A stretch of 64,000 nucleotides of DNA from Candidatus Vogelbacteria bacterium (GCA_903864935.1 CAIPHT010000007.1:16293-80292); one strand, 5' to 3'; numbered from the stretch's first letter, positions 8,631 through 18,820 are shown. Notes: generated by a model not told the origin, from the sequence alone. Translations and numbers: made by a program.

Positions 8631-10967
8631 ATGTTCAAGCTATTAACAAATAAGAAAAAAATAATTTTAACATTCCTCGTTGGTGTTGGTATCTTAATCA
8701 CCCTCCCAGGTTTAGCTTTAGCCGTTGATGGACCAATTGCAACAGAGGGTTACTCGGTCTCGTTTTCTGCCGGGACTGATTTACCCACCATTCCCGCGGC
8801 CACAGGGATAATGGCTCCAAGACCTTCAACCGAAGCCGAACTCACCCAAAGATCCAATAACGACCAGACCCAAATCGATAATCTCCTCCAACTAAAAAAA
8901 CAGCTGTCCATTGCCAGCGAACAGAGTTTTCTTAAAAATGCCAAGACGGGGGCAGTGGTGGGAGCAGCAAACGGTTATACTTATGGCGGAGTAATAGGAA
9001 CAGGCATTGGAGCAGTCAGGGGCTTCTTTTTATACAATAGCCAGAGAAAAAACTCTATTGCTTTGCTAGACAAAAATGCCGATGCCAAAATTGGAGCTCT
9101 CAAAGATGACCAAGGCGCCTGTCTTGATAAAATAAGTGACATTACTAAAGAGGCCGCTCTTGCCGCGGGCGATCAAGTGGCTCTCCAGGCGGCACTAAAT
9201 AAAGCTGATCAAGCAAAACAAAAAATGGCTCAGTCTCGGGCCGCCTACAATAAAGCCGTCGCTCAATTCAAAACCGTCAACAGCCTCGCCTGTTCGGTTA
9301 ATAATCTGGGTAATTGCGTTCTAGAGGTTACCAGCTGGATAGGGAACATTGTTACTTATGTTTTTGCTCTTCTGTTATGGGCGTCAAGTGGTATTTTTGA
9401 TATTGTCGTCAATTTTTCTATCTTGAATATTGGCACTTGGTTTAAACTACCGTTAGTCGCTAGCGCCTGGCGATTAATGAGAGACTTTGCCAATATTTTC
9501 TTCGTCTTTGTCCTTCTTTATATTGCGATTGGCACAATTTTTGACTTAAAGGGTGTCGGCCAAGGACTTCAAAAGACGATAGTTGGCGTTATTGTTATTG
9601 CCCTCTTAGTTAATTTTAGCGGCTTCTTCGTCCGCGTAGTTGTTGATGCTTCTAATATCATCGCCTATGAATTCTATTCGGGGATAAAAAAGGGGGACTC
9701 CACCTTTTCTTTAGGGACGAACCTAGTCCAAAAAATGGATTTGGGTGCTCGTTTTATTGATCCCAGCTCGTTAGAAGATGCCAAAGCACAGGCCGGGGGG
9801 GTCTTTAATAACTCCCCAATACCAGAGGAAGGGGCTGTCGACAAGCTTAGTTTCCTTAGTATTATTGCGGGAACCTTCGGTAACATTTTAATTATCTTGG
9901 CCACTTCTTTTGTTTTACTCACTGCCGCCATTCTATTTATCATCAGGACAATTACTTTATTGTTTATCTATATTATCGCTCCTTTTGCCTTCGTCTCCAA
10001 GATTATCCCAATAAAGAGTTTCAACAAGTTTGATAAATGGTCTGACACCTTAATCAAACAATCATTCTTTGCTCCGGCTTTTCTTATCCCACTTTATCTG
10101 GTCTTCTTAATCCTTGGCCCGACTGGTATCTCTCATCTGGCCTCCACCGCCAAAGGGACAGAGGGTTGGGCCTTTATTGGACAGGACTCCCTCCTTCTAG
10201 TAATGGCTGACGTTTTCATCCTTGGCTTGATTATTGCCTGCATCTTTATCGCTCAATCTTTAAGCGCTATTGGTTTGGGCTTTGCTACCGGTGTTGCTGG
10301 CAAGGCCAATGCCTTAGGCGTTAGAAATATAGGGAGATTTGTTGGCCGACCGGTGGCAACCGTCGCTGGAAAACTAGGAGGCAATAGACTTATTACTGAG
10401 GCTAAATGGGCAGCATCAAAGACCAGGGTCACCAAAGTTTGGAATTCTGCCTCAATGAAAGAAATTAGGGAGACAAAATTCGGCAAGAAGCTAGGCCAAG
10501 CTATAAAAAATCCAATGCTCTCAGCCAATGACGCTCTTGGTTCAGCCGCTGGTTTGGCAGGGGTAAAAAGTTTCAATGTCTTAGGCAGTTCGGCCGAATC
10601 AAGAAAAGATGCCGCCAAAGCAGAAAAGGAGAAAAAAGAAGAAGACGAAAAAAGAAAGAAAGAAGACAGAGAAAAAGCACTAAAAACCGCCAGTACAGCT
10701 GAAGCCTTAACGATACTTGGTGGTATGACTGACGGCGAGATCAAAGATTTACCAGCTGATATTATTACTTTACCAGCTATTTCTCTAAATCTAGAAAATG
10801 ACCAACTTGTAGCAATCAACAAGGCCGGAAAATTAACCAAAGACCATAAGAAGGCCGTTAAACAAATAATCATGGGAATCGCACCAAAAGGAATACCTGG
10901 CACGATGGGAACACCAGAAGGACAAATCTTCATGATGACGGGAGCGGGAGCGTCCTGGCCGAGATAA
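8631..10967 (+). CDS. VirB6/TrbL-like polytopic membrane protein
   Basis: WRLMRDFANIFFVFVLLYIAI, IALLVNFS, multiple TM helices; position in the PrgI/VirB4 cluster. Confidence 0.75.
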   Translation: MFKLLTNKKKIILTFLVGVGILITLPGLALAVDGPIATEGYSVSFSAGTDLPTIPAATGIMAPRPSTEAELTQRSNNDQTQIDNLLQLKKQLSIASEQSFLKNAKTGAVVGAANGYTYGGVIGTGIGAVRGFFLYNSQRKNSIALLDKNADAKIGALKDDQGACLDKISDITKEAALAAGDQVALQAALNKADQAKQKMAQSRAAYNKAVAQFKTVNSLACSVNNLGNCVLEVTSWIGNIVTYVFALLLWASSGIFDIVVNFSILNIGTWFKLPLVASAWRLMRDFANIFFVFVLLYIAIGTIFDLKGVGQGLQKTIVGVIVIALLVNFSGFFVRVVVDASNIIAYEFYSGIKKGDSTFSLGTNLVQKMDLGARFIDPSSLEDAKAQAGGVFNNSPIPEEGAVDKLSFLSIIAGTFGNILIILATSFVLLTAAILFIIRTITLLFIYIIAPFAFVSKIIPIKSFNKFDKWSDTLIKQSFFAPAFLIPLYLVFLILGPTGISHLASTAKGTEGWAFIGQDSLLLVMADVFILGLIIACIFIAQSLSAIGLGFATGVAGKANALGVRNIGRFVGRPVATVAGKLGGNRLITEAKWAASKTRVTKVWNSASMKEIRETKFGKKLGQAIKNPMLSANDALGSAAGLAGVKSFNVLGSSAESRKDAAKAEKEKKEEDEKRKKEDREKALKTASTAEALTILGGMTDGEIKDLPADIITLPAISLNLENDQLVAINKAGKLTKDHKKAVKQIIMGIAPKGIPGTMGTPEGQIFMMTGAGASWPR

Positions 10968-10990
10968 TTTAATAGGATATATTTAGAAAT

Positions 10991-11470
10991 ATGAAAATAG
11001 ACATAGAAAAAATGGATGAGGCTTATGCCCAATTACCAAAGAATTTACAAGACTTACTCGATAGTAAAGAAACAGCCGCAACAATTAATAATATTGGGAA
11101 GAAGTATGCTCTTCATATTGACCAATTAGGGCAGTTAGCTATCGTTGTTAGAGCCATTCTCTCGGGCTTAGTTTCAAGACAAAATTCTCTAAGCCAACTT
11201 CGTGAAGAAACCGGCCTCCCAGAGGACACTATCAATCTTATTGTCTATGACCTAAACCAACAAATTTTTTCTAAGATTCGCGAGGAGTTAGAAAAAGAGA
11301 CACTCCCAACACAAAACACGTCGTCCAAACAAATTTTCGAAGAAAAGATGAGCGGCGTGGCCAATGTCCCCAAACAAGAAGTTGAAGTTAAGACGCAAAC
11401 GGGGGATAATGATACTAAGGACGCGACAGTGAAGCCTCCGCGCGATCCATATCGCGAGCCAATTAATTAA
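10991..11470 (+). CDS. conserved hypothetical protein of the T4SS-like cluster
   Basis: 159-aa ORF ending DPYREPIN, coupled to the PrgI gene. Confidence 0.75.
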   Translation: MKIDIEKMDEAYAQLPKNLQDLLDSKETAATINNIGKKYALHIDQLGQLAIVVRAILSGLVSRQNSLSQLREETGLPEDTINLIVYDLNQQIFSKIREELEKETLPTQNTSSKQIFEEKMSGVANVPKQEVEVKTQTGDNDTKDATVKPPRDPYREPIN

Positions 11471-11910
11471 TGCAATTCCAATTGCCACAATTTATTGAGG
11501 TCGAGGATACCATTTTTGGACCTCTCACCTTCAAGCAATTCCTCTACCTGGCCGGTGGCGCCGGTTTGGCCTTTATTTGTTATGTTTATCTGCCTATCTA
11601 CTTGGCAATCTTTCCCATTATTGGAGTTATTGCCTTATCAACCCTACTCGCTTTTTATAAATACAATGGACGAAACTTTGTTTATATTGTTGAGTCGGCC
11701 ACCAAATTCTTCTTCTCCAGCAAACTCTATTTATGGAAGCAGACTCTGGCAGGAGAAAGTAAAAGAACGGTAGTGGTGAAGGAAGAGAAGAGCGCGCCGG
11801 AGGGTATTAATCTCCCTCGCTTATCAGCCAGCAAATTAAAAGATCTCACTTGGAGCCTTGACGTCCAAAACAGTCCCGAAGCTGAGCAACAAAATAATTA
11901 TGGCACTTAA
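11470..11910 (+). CDS. PrgI family (VirB3-like) protein
   Basis: MQFQLPQFIEVEDTIFGPLTFKQF plus two TM helices. Confidence 0.88.
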   Translation: MQFQLPQFIEVEDTIFGPLTFKQFLYLAGGAGLAFICYVYLPIYLAIFPIIGVIALSTLLAFYKYNGRNFVYIVESATKFFFSSKLYLWKQTLAGESKRTVVVKEEKSAPEGINLPRLSASKLKDLTWSLDVQNSPEAEQQNNYGT

Positions 11911-12577
11911 AGATTTTATCCCCAACAATAAATCCACCCAAGACTTCGTTCCAATCAAGGAGATTAAGAACGGAGTGGTGATTCTTAAGGATGGCTCTTT
12001 GCGAGCCGTGGTCATGGTCTCCTCGCTCAACTTTGGTCTCAAGTCAGACGACGAGAAAGTGGCAATCATCAGCGCCTTCCAAAACTTCCTTAACTCTATT
12101 GATTTCACTATTCAGATTTCCATTCAATCGAGACGCCTCAATATTGAGCCCTATCTCCAAACTCTAAGAGATCGCATGGCCGAGCAAACAAATGAGTTGC
12201 TCAAGGTCCAAATTAGAGAATACATAGAGTTTATTAGGTTCTATACTGATCATCAGAACGTCATGACCAAAACTTTCTTTGTCGTCGTTTCTTACGAACC
12301 AGCTTTAATTGCTGGGGGAGAGAGAGGTTTCCTCTCCAAGATTTTTAACAGCCAGAAAGCGAATTCCAAGAGCGCCATCATTAACGAATTCGACCAGAAT
12401 GTCGCGCAGCTAAATCAACGAACTAACGTTATCAAGAGCGGCCTAAGCCGGATGGGCTTAGTTAGCGCCGTGCTAGGAACCGAAGAGCTAATTGAGCTTT
12501 ATTTCAAATTATTCAATCCCGGGGAGAACGATGCCCCAGCCAGTAGCAATAATGGCTCAACCGCCGAAGCCAAATAA
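11900..12577 (+). CDS. TraC/VirB4-associated accessory protein
   Basis: STQDFVPIKEIKNGVVILKDG, NFGLKS.DE, FQNFLNS; directly upstream of VirB4. Confidence 0.75.
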   Translation: MALKDFIPNNKSTQDFVPIKEIKNGVVILKDGSLRAVVMVSSLNFGLKSDDEKVAIISAFQNFLNSIDFTIQISIQSRRLNIEPYLQTLRDRMAEQTNELLKVQIREYIEFIRFYTDHQNVMTKTFFVVVSYEPALIAGGERGFLSKIFNSQKANSKSAIINEFDQNVAQLNQRTNVIKSGLSRMGLVSAVLGTEELIELYFKLFNPGENDAPASSNNGSTAEAK

Positions 12578-12582
12578 GTTAT

Positions 12583-14412
12583 ATGAATATCCCTTTTCTA
12601 AACCAAAAAAATAAGAACGAGGAGCTGATTCCCATCCTCCCGCAAGACATTTACCAAGTTGGAGTCCTAGAGCTTCAAGACATTATTGCTCCCTCGGCCC
12701 TACGCGTGACACCCAAGAATCTTAATTTGGGCGAGAAGATTGCACGTACTCTCTTTGTCATTTCTTATCCTCGCTTCTTGAGCGAAGAGTGGTTCTCACC
12801 CATTATCAACCTAGATAGTGTCTTCGACATTTCAATCTTTGTCCACCCGCTCGACACAACAACAACTCTCCGCGCCCTGCAAAAGAAGATTGCCGAGGTT
12901 GAGAGCCAAATTATGGTCCGCGAACAGAAGGGGATGGTCCGTGACCCAATGCTTGATACCGCCCAAGCTGATATCGAGAGCCTGCGCGATCAATTAATGC
13001 AGGCCACCGAGAAAATGTTCAGTGTCGGCCTCTATCTCACCCTCTACGGTGAGAGTGAAGAAGAATTAGATCATACCGAGGGGCAAATTAAATCCGTTCT
13101 CGATGCCAAGCTAATTTATCTTAAGACCGCCCTCTTCCAGCAAGAAGAAGGGTTCAAGAGTGTGGCCCCCTTCGCTACCGACTACCTCGAGGTCAATAAT
13201 CGACTTAATTCCACACCCCTTTCTAGTATCTTCCCCTTTGTCTCCTTTGACTTAACTTCTAATAAGGGAATTCTCTATGGGCGTAATATGCATAATTCTT
13301 CTCTTGTCATTTTCGACCGTTTCTCGCTAGAGAACTACAACTCGGTCATTTTTGCCAAATCGGGTTCGGGGAAATCTTTTGCCACTAAACTGGAGATTCT
13401 TCGTAGTCTCATGTTTGATATTGATGTTCTAGTTATTGACCCAGAAAGGGAGTACGAATTCTTGGCCGAAGCTGTCGGTGGACGATATTTCAACATTTCT
13501 CTCGCCTCTGAGCACCACATTAACCCCTTCGACCTGCCTTTTGCCCGCGAAGATGAGTCACCGGCCGACGTTCTTCGGTCTAACATCATCAATCTGGTCG
13601 GTCTCTTCCGTATTATGTTGGGCGGTCTTAGCCCTGAAGAAGACTCAATCCTCGACAATGCCATCTCCGAGACCTATGCGCTTAAAGATATCACGCCGGA
13701 TTCCGATTTTACTAACAAACCGGCGCCCCTCTTGTCAGATCTCGAATTAGTCTTGGCCGGCATGGAGGGGGGAGATTCGCTGGCCCAGAGATTACTTAAG
13801 TATACTCAAGGCACCTGGGCGGGCTTTCTCAACAAACCAACCAACGTTGATATCAACAAGAAATTCGTCGTTTTCTCTATCCGCGACATGGAGGACGAAC
13901 TTAAGCCAGTGGCCATGTATATCGTCATGCACCACATTTGGAACGCGATTAGACGCAATCTCAAGCGCCGCCTCCTGGTTGTCGACGAGGCTTGGGTTAT
14001 GATGAAGGATGACGATACCGCCTCTTTCCTCTTCTCCTTGGTGAAGAGAGGCCGTAAGTATTATCTGGGCGTCGCCACTATTACTCAAGACGTGGGAGAC
14101 TTCATTCGTTCACAATACGGTCTGCCCATCATCACCAACTCGTCTATTCAAATTCTCTTGAAACAGTCACCAGCCTCTATTGATGAGGTTCAGAAGACCT
14201 TTAATCTTACCGATGAAGAGAAATACTTCCTCTTGGAGTCACCGGTCGGGAATGGAATTTTTATTGCTGGTCTGAAGAGGGTAGAGATCAGGATTGAAGC
14301 CTCTTATACCGAGGAACAAATTGTTACCTCTGATCCTTCACAAATTCTCGCCATTAAGAAAGCCAAGTTAGATTTCGATACCGCCAAACAAACTGAGCAA
14401 ACCAATGCCTAA
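12583..14412 (+). CDS. virB4: VirB4-like type IV secretion ATPase
   Basis: AKSGSGKS Walker A, VIDPEREY, INPFD, LVVDEAW Walker B, GRKY..ITQ. Confidence 0.9.
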   Translation: MNIPFLNQKNKNEELIPILPQDIYQVGVLELQDIIAPSALRVTPKNLNLGEKIARTLFVISYPRFLSEEWFSPIINLDSVFDISIFVHPLDTTTTLRALQKKIAEVESQIMVREQKGMVRDPMLDTAQADIESLRDQLMQATEKMFSVGLYLTLYGESEEELDHTEGQIKSVLDAKLIYLKTALFQQEEGFKSVAPFATDYLEVNNRLNSTPLSSIFPFVSFDLTSNKGILYGRNMHNSSLVIFDRFSLENYNSVIFAKSGSGKSFATKLEILRSLMFDIDVLVIDPEREYEFLAEAVGGRYFNISLASEHHINPFDLPFAREDESPADVLRSNIINLVGLFRIMLGGLSPEEDSILDNAISETYALKDITPDSDFTNKPAPLLSDLELVLAGMEGGDSLAQRLLKYTQGTWAGFLNKPTNVDINKKFVVFSIRDMEDELKPVAMYIVMHHIWNAIRRNLKRRLLVVDEAWVMMKDDDTASFLFSLVKRGRKYYLGVATITQDVGDFIRSQYGLPIITNSSIQILLKQSPASIDEVQKTFNLTDEEKYFLLESPVGNGIFIAGLKRVEIRIEASYTEEQIVTSDPSQILAIKKAKLDFDTAKQTEQTNA

Positions 14413-14803
14413 TGCTAAGATGAGGATAAGCCCGATTGTCGCCTCTTTTATGATTGGACTGGCCTTGGTTTATGATACCCTTAAATTTTTGTTGAGTTTC
14501 ATTTTGATGGGGTGGGTCGTCGCTATTTGGTCGTTCCTAACCTTCTGGTTCTGGTTTACTTACTTAGGAGTCAGTTTTATGAAGCCAGGCAAGATGAGAG
14601 GGGCGAAGATTGCGTCGCTTAGCGTCCCGGCAATAATTGGAATCTTACCCTTCATCTCCGCACTACCAGGCGAAACTCTGGGGGTAACAACGACAATAGG
14701 CATTGCTAGCGCCGAAGATCTGACCAAGGGGATTACTCCAGAGGTAGCCCAAGCTCTTGGCTCAGGATTAAAACAATTTAAGGGGGGAGGGATTGGCCAT
14801 TAA
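14405..14803 (+). CDS. small membrane protein
   Basis: Several hydrophobic segments, overlaps the virB4 stop. Confidence 0.7.
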   Translation: MPNAKMRISPIVASFMIGLALVYDTLKFLLSFILMGWVVAIWSFLTFWFWFTYLGVSFMKPGKMRGAKIASLSVPAIIGILPFISALPGETLGVTTTIGIASAEDLTKGITPEVAQALGSGLKQFKGGGIGH

Positions 14804-14831
14804 CTATTTAAGTATTATAATTAAAGAGAAA

Positions 14832-15848
14832 ATGACTAAAAACTTTTTTTTAACTTTAATTCTAGCATTATTATTTATACCGACGACAATTCTGGCCGTC
14901 ACCGAGACAGGGGTTGGTAGTAATGTCTTGGCCACCATCACCCCCACTAACCCTCGGCCGGGGGATATCGTTAATATTTCCTTAAGCGGGTATGGCTTCG
15001 ATACGAATCAGAGTTATTTTAAATGGATGAGAGATGGTAAGGACGTTTTGTCTGGCAATGGACAGAGTCAATACTCCTTCCAACTTGGGCGCCTAGGGGT
15101 CGCCACAAAAATTGATGTGACAATTTTCTCGGACACCAGAGCTCTAGCGACAAAATCATTCTATTTTGAACCCGCCGACATTGATTTTGTTTGGCAAGCG
15201 GACACCTTTGTCCCGCCTTTTTACAAAGGAAAAGAGCGAGCCAGTGCCGGAGCGAATATTAAAATACTCGCCACCCCTTATCTTATTAATAATTTAGGTC
15301 AAGCAGAGAATAAATCTAACCTTAATTACTCTTGGTCACAAGATGGTAAGCCGCTCAACGATCGTTCAGGGCTGGGCAAATCAAACATAACTATTGCCAC
15401 TGGGCCAGACAAGAATCAGATTAAAATTGATTTAGCTGTTAGCACAATTGATAAAAGCCGTTCAACTAACAAATCTTTAATTATAAATTTAGATAAGCCA
15501 GAACTGGCTTTCTATGAGATTAAGCCTCTCGCGGGAACTAATTTTTTAAAACAAGTTATCGGGAGCTATGACCTCTATGATGATGAGGCAAGTTTCTTGG
15601 CTATCCCTTATTTCTGGCCCCGCAATCAAATAAATAACATCAATTATCTTTGGGCAATTAACGGCCTCCAGGCTTCTCCACAAAAAGATCCTTGGTCGCT
15701 AACCGTCCGCGAACCAAGCGGGGGAGCGGGGCAAAACGAGATAAATCTTCAGGTTAGTGATGCCCAAAATAGCTTAGGCCCTGTCAGCAACCACTTTAAT
15801 ATTAAATTTGGTAATAATTTGTTAAAATTCAATAATGCAAACCAATAA
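14832..15848 (+). CDS. secreted Ig-like beta-sandwich repeat protein
   Basis: Signal peptide, repeated Y.W..DG / YLWAING motifs, DTFVPPFYKGK. Confidence 0.7.
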   Translation: MTKNFFLTLILALLFIPTTILAVTETGVGSNVLATITPTNPRPGDIVNISLSGYGFDTNQSYFKWMRDGKDVLSGNGQSQYSFQLGRLGVATKIDVTIFSDTRALATKSFYFEPADIDFVWQADTFVPPFYKGKERASAGANIKILATPYLINNLGQAENKSNLNYSWSQDGKPLNDRSGLGKSNITIATGPDKNQIKIDLAVSTIDKSRSTNKSLIINLDKPELAFYEIKPLAGTNFLKQVIGSYDLYDDEASFLAIPYFWPRNQINNINYLWAINGLQASPQKDPWSLTVREPSGGAGQNEINLQVSDAQNSLGPVSNHFNIKFGNNLLKFNNANQ

Positions 15849-16218
15849 CTCAAACCTACTGGCCGCCACCGCTGGGTACACCCTGCTCGAACCCTCAGTG
15901 GTTCAACCTGACCCATCCAAGGCTTCAGGTACTCCAATCAGTCTTAGTCTCTACCTTAAGGGGGCCTATGTCACAATGTTTATTGTTGTCATTATTGGGG
16001 CGATTTTGGTTATGGTTTATTATGGTATTGGTTATATGATGTCGGATGTCGCGAGTTTCAAAGGAACAGCCAAAAGCCGTCTGACAAAAGTCTTTATTGG
16101 TATCGGTATCGCCATCCTCTCCTTTATCTTGCTCAACCAGATTAACCCGGACTTGGCTGGTAATCTAGGCAAAAATAGCAACAATATCATCCTCAACGGT
16201 CTTAACTCTTTATTTTAA
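15835..16218 (+). CDS. VirB2/TrbC-like pilin
   Basis: Two TM helices, GIGYMMS...AKSRL..GIGIAILSFILLNQINPDL. Confidence 0.75.
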   Translation: MQTNNSNLLAATAGYTLLEPSVVQPDPSKASGTPISLSLYLKGAYVTMFIVVIIGAILVMVYYGIGYMMSDVASFKGTAKSRLTKVFIGIGIAILSFILLNQINPDLAGNLGKNSNNIILNGLNSLF

Positions 16219-16221
16219 AAA

Positions 16222-17433
16222 ATGAAAAAAGCGCTAACTATAATTCTCCTAGTCCTTATCGCTGGTTCTTTAGGCACTCTTGGTTTTTTTATTTATAAGC
16301 AAAGTCAATCTACTACAAGAACTGTCACCAATACCCCAGTCTCGGAAGAGTCACCCTTCCCAATGGGGAGTAGTACTAACCCCGTTACCACCAACTATAA
16401 CTCCGGCAATAGTTCAACTAATTATCCTGAGGCTAATCAGCCCCTCGGCGTTCCTAACCAACCAGCCTTAAGCCAAATGAGTTTGGCGGGTATAACAGTT
16501 CTTTCAATTAACAAAAATCTCCAAACTTTTTTTACGGATAAAGAAACAGGTAATATATATTCTCTCGACGGCCAAAATAATCCCACGAGACTTAGTCTCG
16601 TGACCCTCCCCGGAGTTGAGGAATCTTATCTTGGTTATAGAAACAACAGTTTAGGTATTATCTTGCGACAAATCAAAGGGTTAAATATTGTAAATGAAAT
16701 CGGCCAAATTAAACTAGACAGCTCAGCCCCGACAACATTAAACCCCCACCTTTGGGATATCTCTCTCAGTTCTCTTGCCCTCTCTCCCAACAGCCAAAAA
16801 ATTTCTTTCTTAACCGAGATAACGGATAAAACCATACTTTATACGACAGATTGGTCCCTCCAAAAACCTAAGAAACTCTGGAGCTCACCACTCTCCAGTT
16901 GGAATATTTCATGGCCCAAAGATAGTTTAATTGTCATTACCTCTAAACCCTCTTATGATTACCCCGGTGTGGCTTATTTCCTAGATGCCCAAACCGGCAA
17001 AGAAACGAAGATATTAAACAACATTAATGGGCTAAATCTGTCTGTTTCGCCCAATGGAGACAAACTTATCTATACCAAGAGTTTACTTAGTGGCTTTAGC
17101 TTGTACTCTTATGATACAAAAGTAGAGGAAAGTCGTCTTCTCGATTTCAACACTCTTCCCGATAAATGTGTTTGGTCTGACAATGATACTTTATATTGTG
17201 CAGTACCAAAAAATATCCCAACTGGGCACTACCCCGATAATTGGTATCAAGGCAAAATTAGTTTCTCTGACAATGTTTGGAAAATTGATTTAAAACAAAA
17301 GACAACTACCATCGTCAGCACCCTAAAGGGGGATTATGATTTGTATAACCTAGTCATAAACAAACAAACAGGCTGGCTCTATGCCCTTAATCGAGGAGAT
17401 AATAAGCTCCAAGCCTTTAGTTTGAAGCCTTAG
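16222..17433 (+). CDS. membrane-anchored beta-propeller (TolB-like) protein
   Basis: N-terminal TM; SPNSQKI, SPNGDKLIY repeats; TLPDKCVW, YPDNWYQG. Confidence 0.7.
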   Translation: MKKALTIILLVLIAGSLGTLGFFIYKQSQSTTRTVTNTPVSEESPFPMGSSTNPVTTNYNSGNSSTNYPEANQPLGVPNQPALSQMSLAGITVLSINKNLQTFFTDKETGNIYSLDGQNNPTRLSLVTLPGVEESYLGYRNNSLGIILRQIKGLNIVNEIGQIKLDSSAPTTLNPHLWDISLSSLALSPNSQKISFLTEITDKTILYTTDWSLQKPKKLWSSPLSSWNISWPKDSLIVITSKPSYDYPGVAYFLDAQTGKETKILNNINGLNLSVSPNGDKLIYTKSLLSGFSLYSYDTKVEESRLLDFNTLPDKCVWSDNDTLYCAVPKNIPTGHYPDNWYQGKISFSDNVWKIDLKQKTTTIVSTLKGDYDLYNLVINKQTGWLYALNRGDNKLQAFSLKP

Positions 17434-18178
17434 GGGCCCTTAGGACCGCGTCCTGGTCCTTAATCTTCTTAATAACCACCACCTCATAGATGGCGGAGAA
17501 AACGTTACTGGTGACCCAATAAAGGGAGATGGCCGCGGGTAAAGTAAAGGCGATAACCGCCGTCATCACCGGCATAGCATAACGCATTTGGAAATCCATA
17601 CTCTTGGCTAAATCCTGGCCAAAAGAGACCTCTTTTTTGTCTGAAGACTTATTTTTTTCTCGCTTGGGTAGAGAAAGTGTAACCTGGAGATATTGAGTTA
17701 CCCCAGTTAAAAAGGCGAGAGCATAATTATGACTAACCGTTAATTTAACAAAACCCAAGAAAATTGTGTTGATATGATTGGGGATAGTAATAAAAGAGTA
17801 AACAAGGTTGATGTCAATAGTAAAACTCTGGCGAAAGACATAAAAAAGGGAAATAATAATAGGAATTTGGATAAGCAAAACCAAAAAGCTGCTAAAGGGG
17901 TTAATCTTCTCTTTTTTATATAATTCCATCGTCAGGCGAGACTGTTCGGGTAAATTATCTTTGTTTTGCTCTTTTATCGCCTTCAATTCACCCTCGACAG
18001 CCTTCATTTTTATTTGAGTCATTACCGAGGTCTTATAGAGAGGGAAAATGACAATTTTAACTAGAATAGTAAGAAGAATAATGGCCAAACCAAGATCTGC
18101 CCCAGGGAGAATCGCCGTGAGCCAAACCAGAAGATTGTAGAGGGGGATAAAAACAATTATTTTGAAAAAATTAATCAT
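17417..18178 (-). CDS. yidC: membrane protein insertase YidC
   Basis: GLAIILLTILVK, LYKKEKINP, QIPI, ISLYWVTSN; synteny with rnpA-rpmH. Confidence 0.93.
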   Translation of the reverse strand: MINFFKIIVFIPLYNLLVWLTAILPGADLGLAIILLTILVKIVIFPLYKTSVMTQIKMKAVEGELKAIKEQNKDNLPEQSRLTMELYKKEKINPFSSFLVLLIQIPIIISLFYVFRQSFTIDINLVYSFITIPNHINTIFLGFVKLTVSHNYALAFLTGVTQYLQVTLSLPKREKNKSSDKKEVSFGQDLAKSMDFQMRYAMPVMTAVIAFTLPAAISLYWVTSNVFSAIYEVVVIKKIKDQDAVLRAPKASN

Positions 18179-18195
18179 ATTTTGCTATTCTAACA

Positions 18196-18552
18196 CTATT
18201 TTAAAATTTTAGCTGTTCTAATTAAAGCCAAGACCTCTTCCTCAAACTGTTTGAATTCAAGTCTAGAAAGATCCTCTTTTACTTGGATGATAATATCTGA
18301 ATTATTTACCACTTCGGGCCAGATTTTTTCTAAAATAGCGTGGAGACGCCTCTTGATCAAATGGCGACGGGCCGAGAGGGGAACAACCTTATTCCCAATA
18401 ACCACCGCCACCCTCGGACTTTGGCCATAATTCTCCTCTGTGGATAACCTGTTATGAACTCGAATATTAAGACTAGGGGACGAGAAAACCCTGTTTTGTT
18501 TCAAAACAAGGGGTAAAAGCTCTTTATTTATACGGTATTTAACCGGAAGCAT
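18196..18552 (-). CDS. rnpA: ribonuclease P protein component
   Basis: RVAVVIGNKV..SARRHLIKRRL (RNR-like motif); synteny. Confidence 0.88.
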   Translation of the reverse strand: MLPVKYRINKELLPLVLKQNRVFSSPSLNIRVHNRLSTEENYGQSPRVAVVIGNKVVPLSARRHLIKRRLHAILEKIWPEVVNNSDIIIQVKEDLSRLEFKQFEEEVLALIRTAKILK

Positions 18553-18555
18553 TAA

Positions 18556-18690
18556 TTAGACAGCCAATTTATGGCGACCTTTGAGACGGCGTCGGGCCAA
18601 AACCTTAGCCCCGGTTGGGGACTTAGTTCGAGCCAAAAAACCATGGGTAGTGGCTCGTTTCTTCTTTTTAGGATTATACGTAAAAGACAT
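18556..18690 (-). CDS. rpmH: 50S ribosomal protein L34
   Basis: Manual translation [44 protein letters not shown]; below the ORF-track cutoff. Confidence 0.95.
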   Translation of the reverse strand: MSFTYNPKKKKRATTHGFLARTKSPTGAKVLARRRLKGRHKLAV

Positions 18691-18699
18691 GGGGATAGT

Positions 18700-18820
18700 A
18701 TACCAGAAAAAAAGCTTTTAGCAATATCCACAAGTAATCCACCACATATAAACAGAATAGGTAAGATTGCTAGTTTTTCCACAAGGCCTATAATTGAAGC
18801 AAGTAAGATAATTATTTTAT
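18700..18820. promoter_or_regulatory. rpmH-dnaA intergenic region with DnaA-box-like sites
   Basis: ATATCCACA (about 18724) and TTTTCCACA (about 18775), each one mismatch from TTATCCACA. Confidence 0.65.

Noticed and set aside
10253-11032. 259-aa minus-strand ORF
   Set aside because: Antisense shadow of the VirB6-like gene with S/F/L-rich mirror composition.
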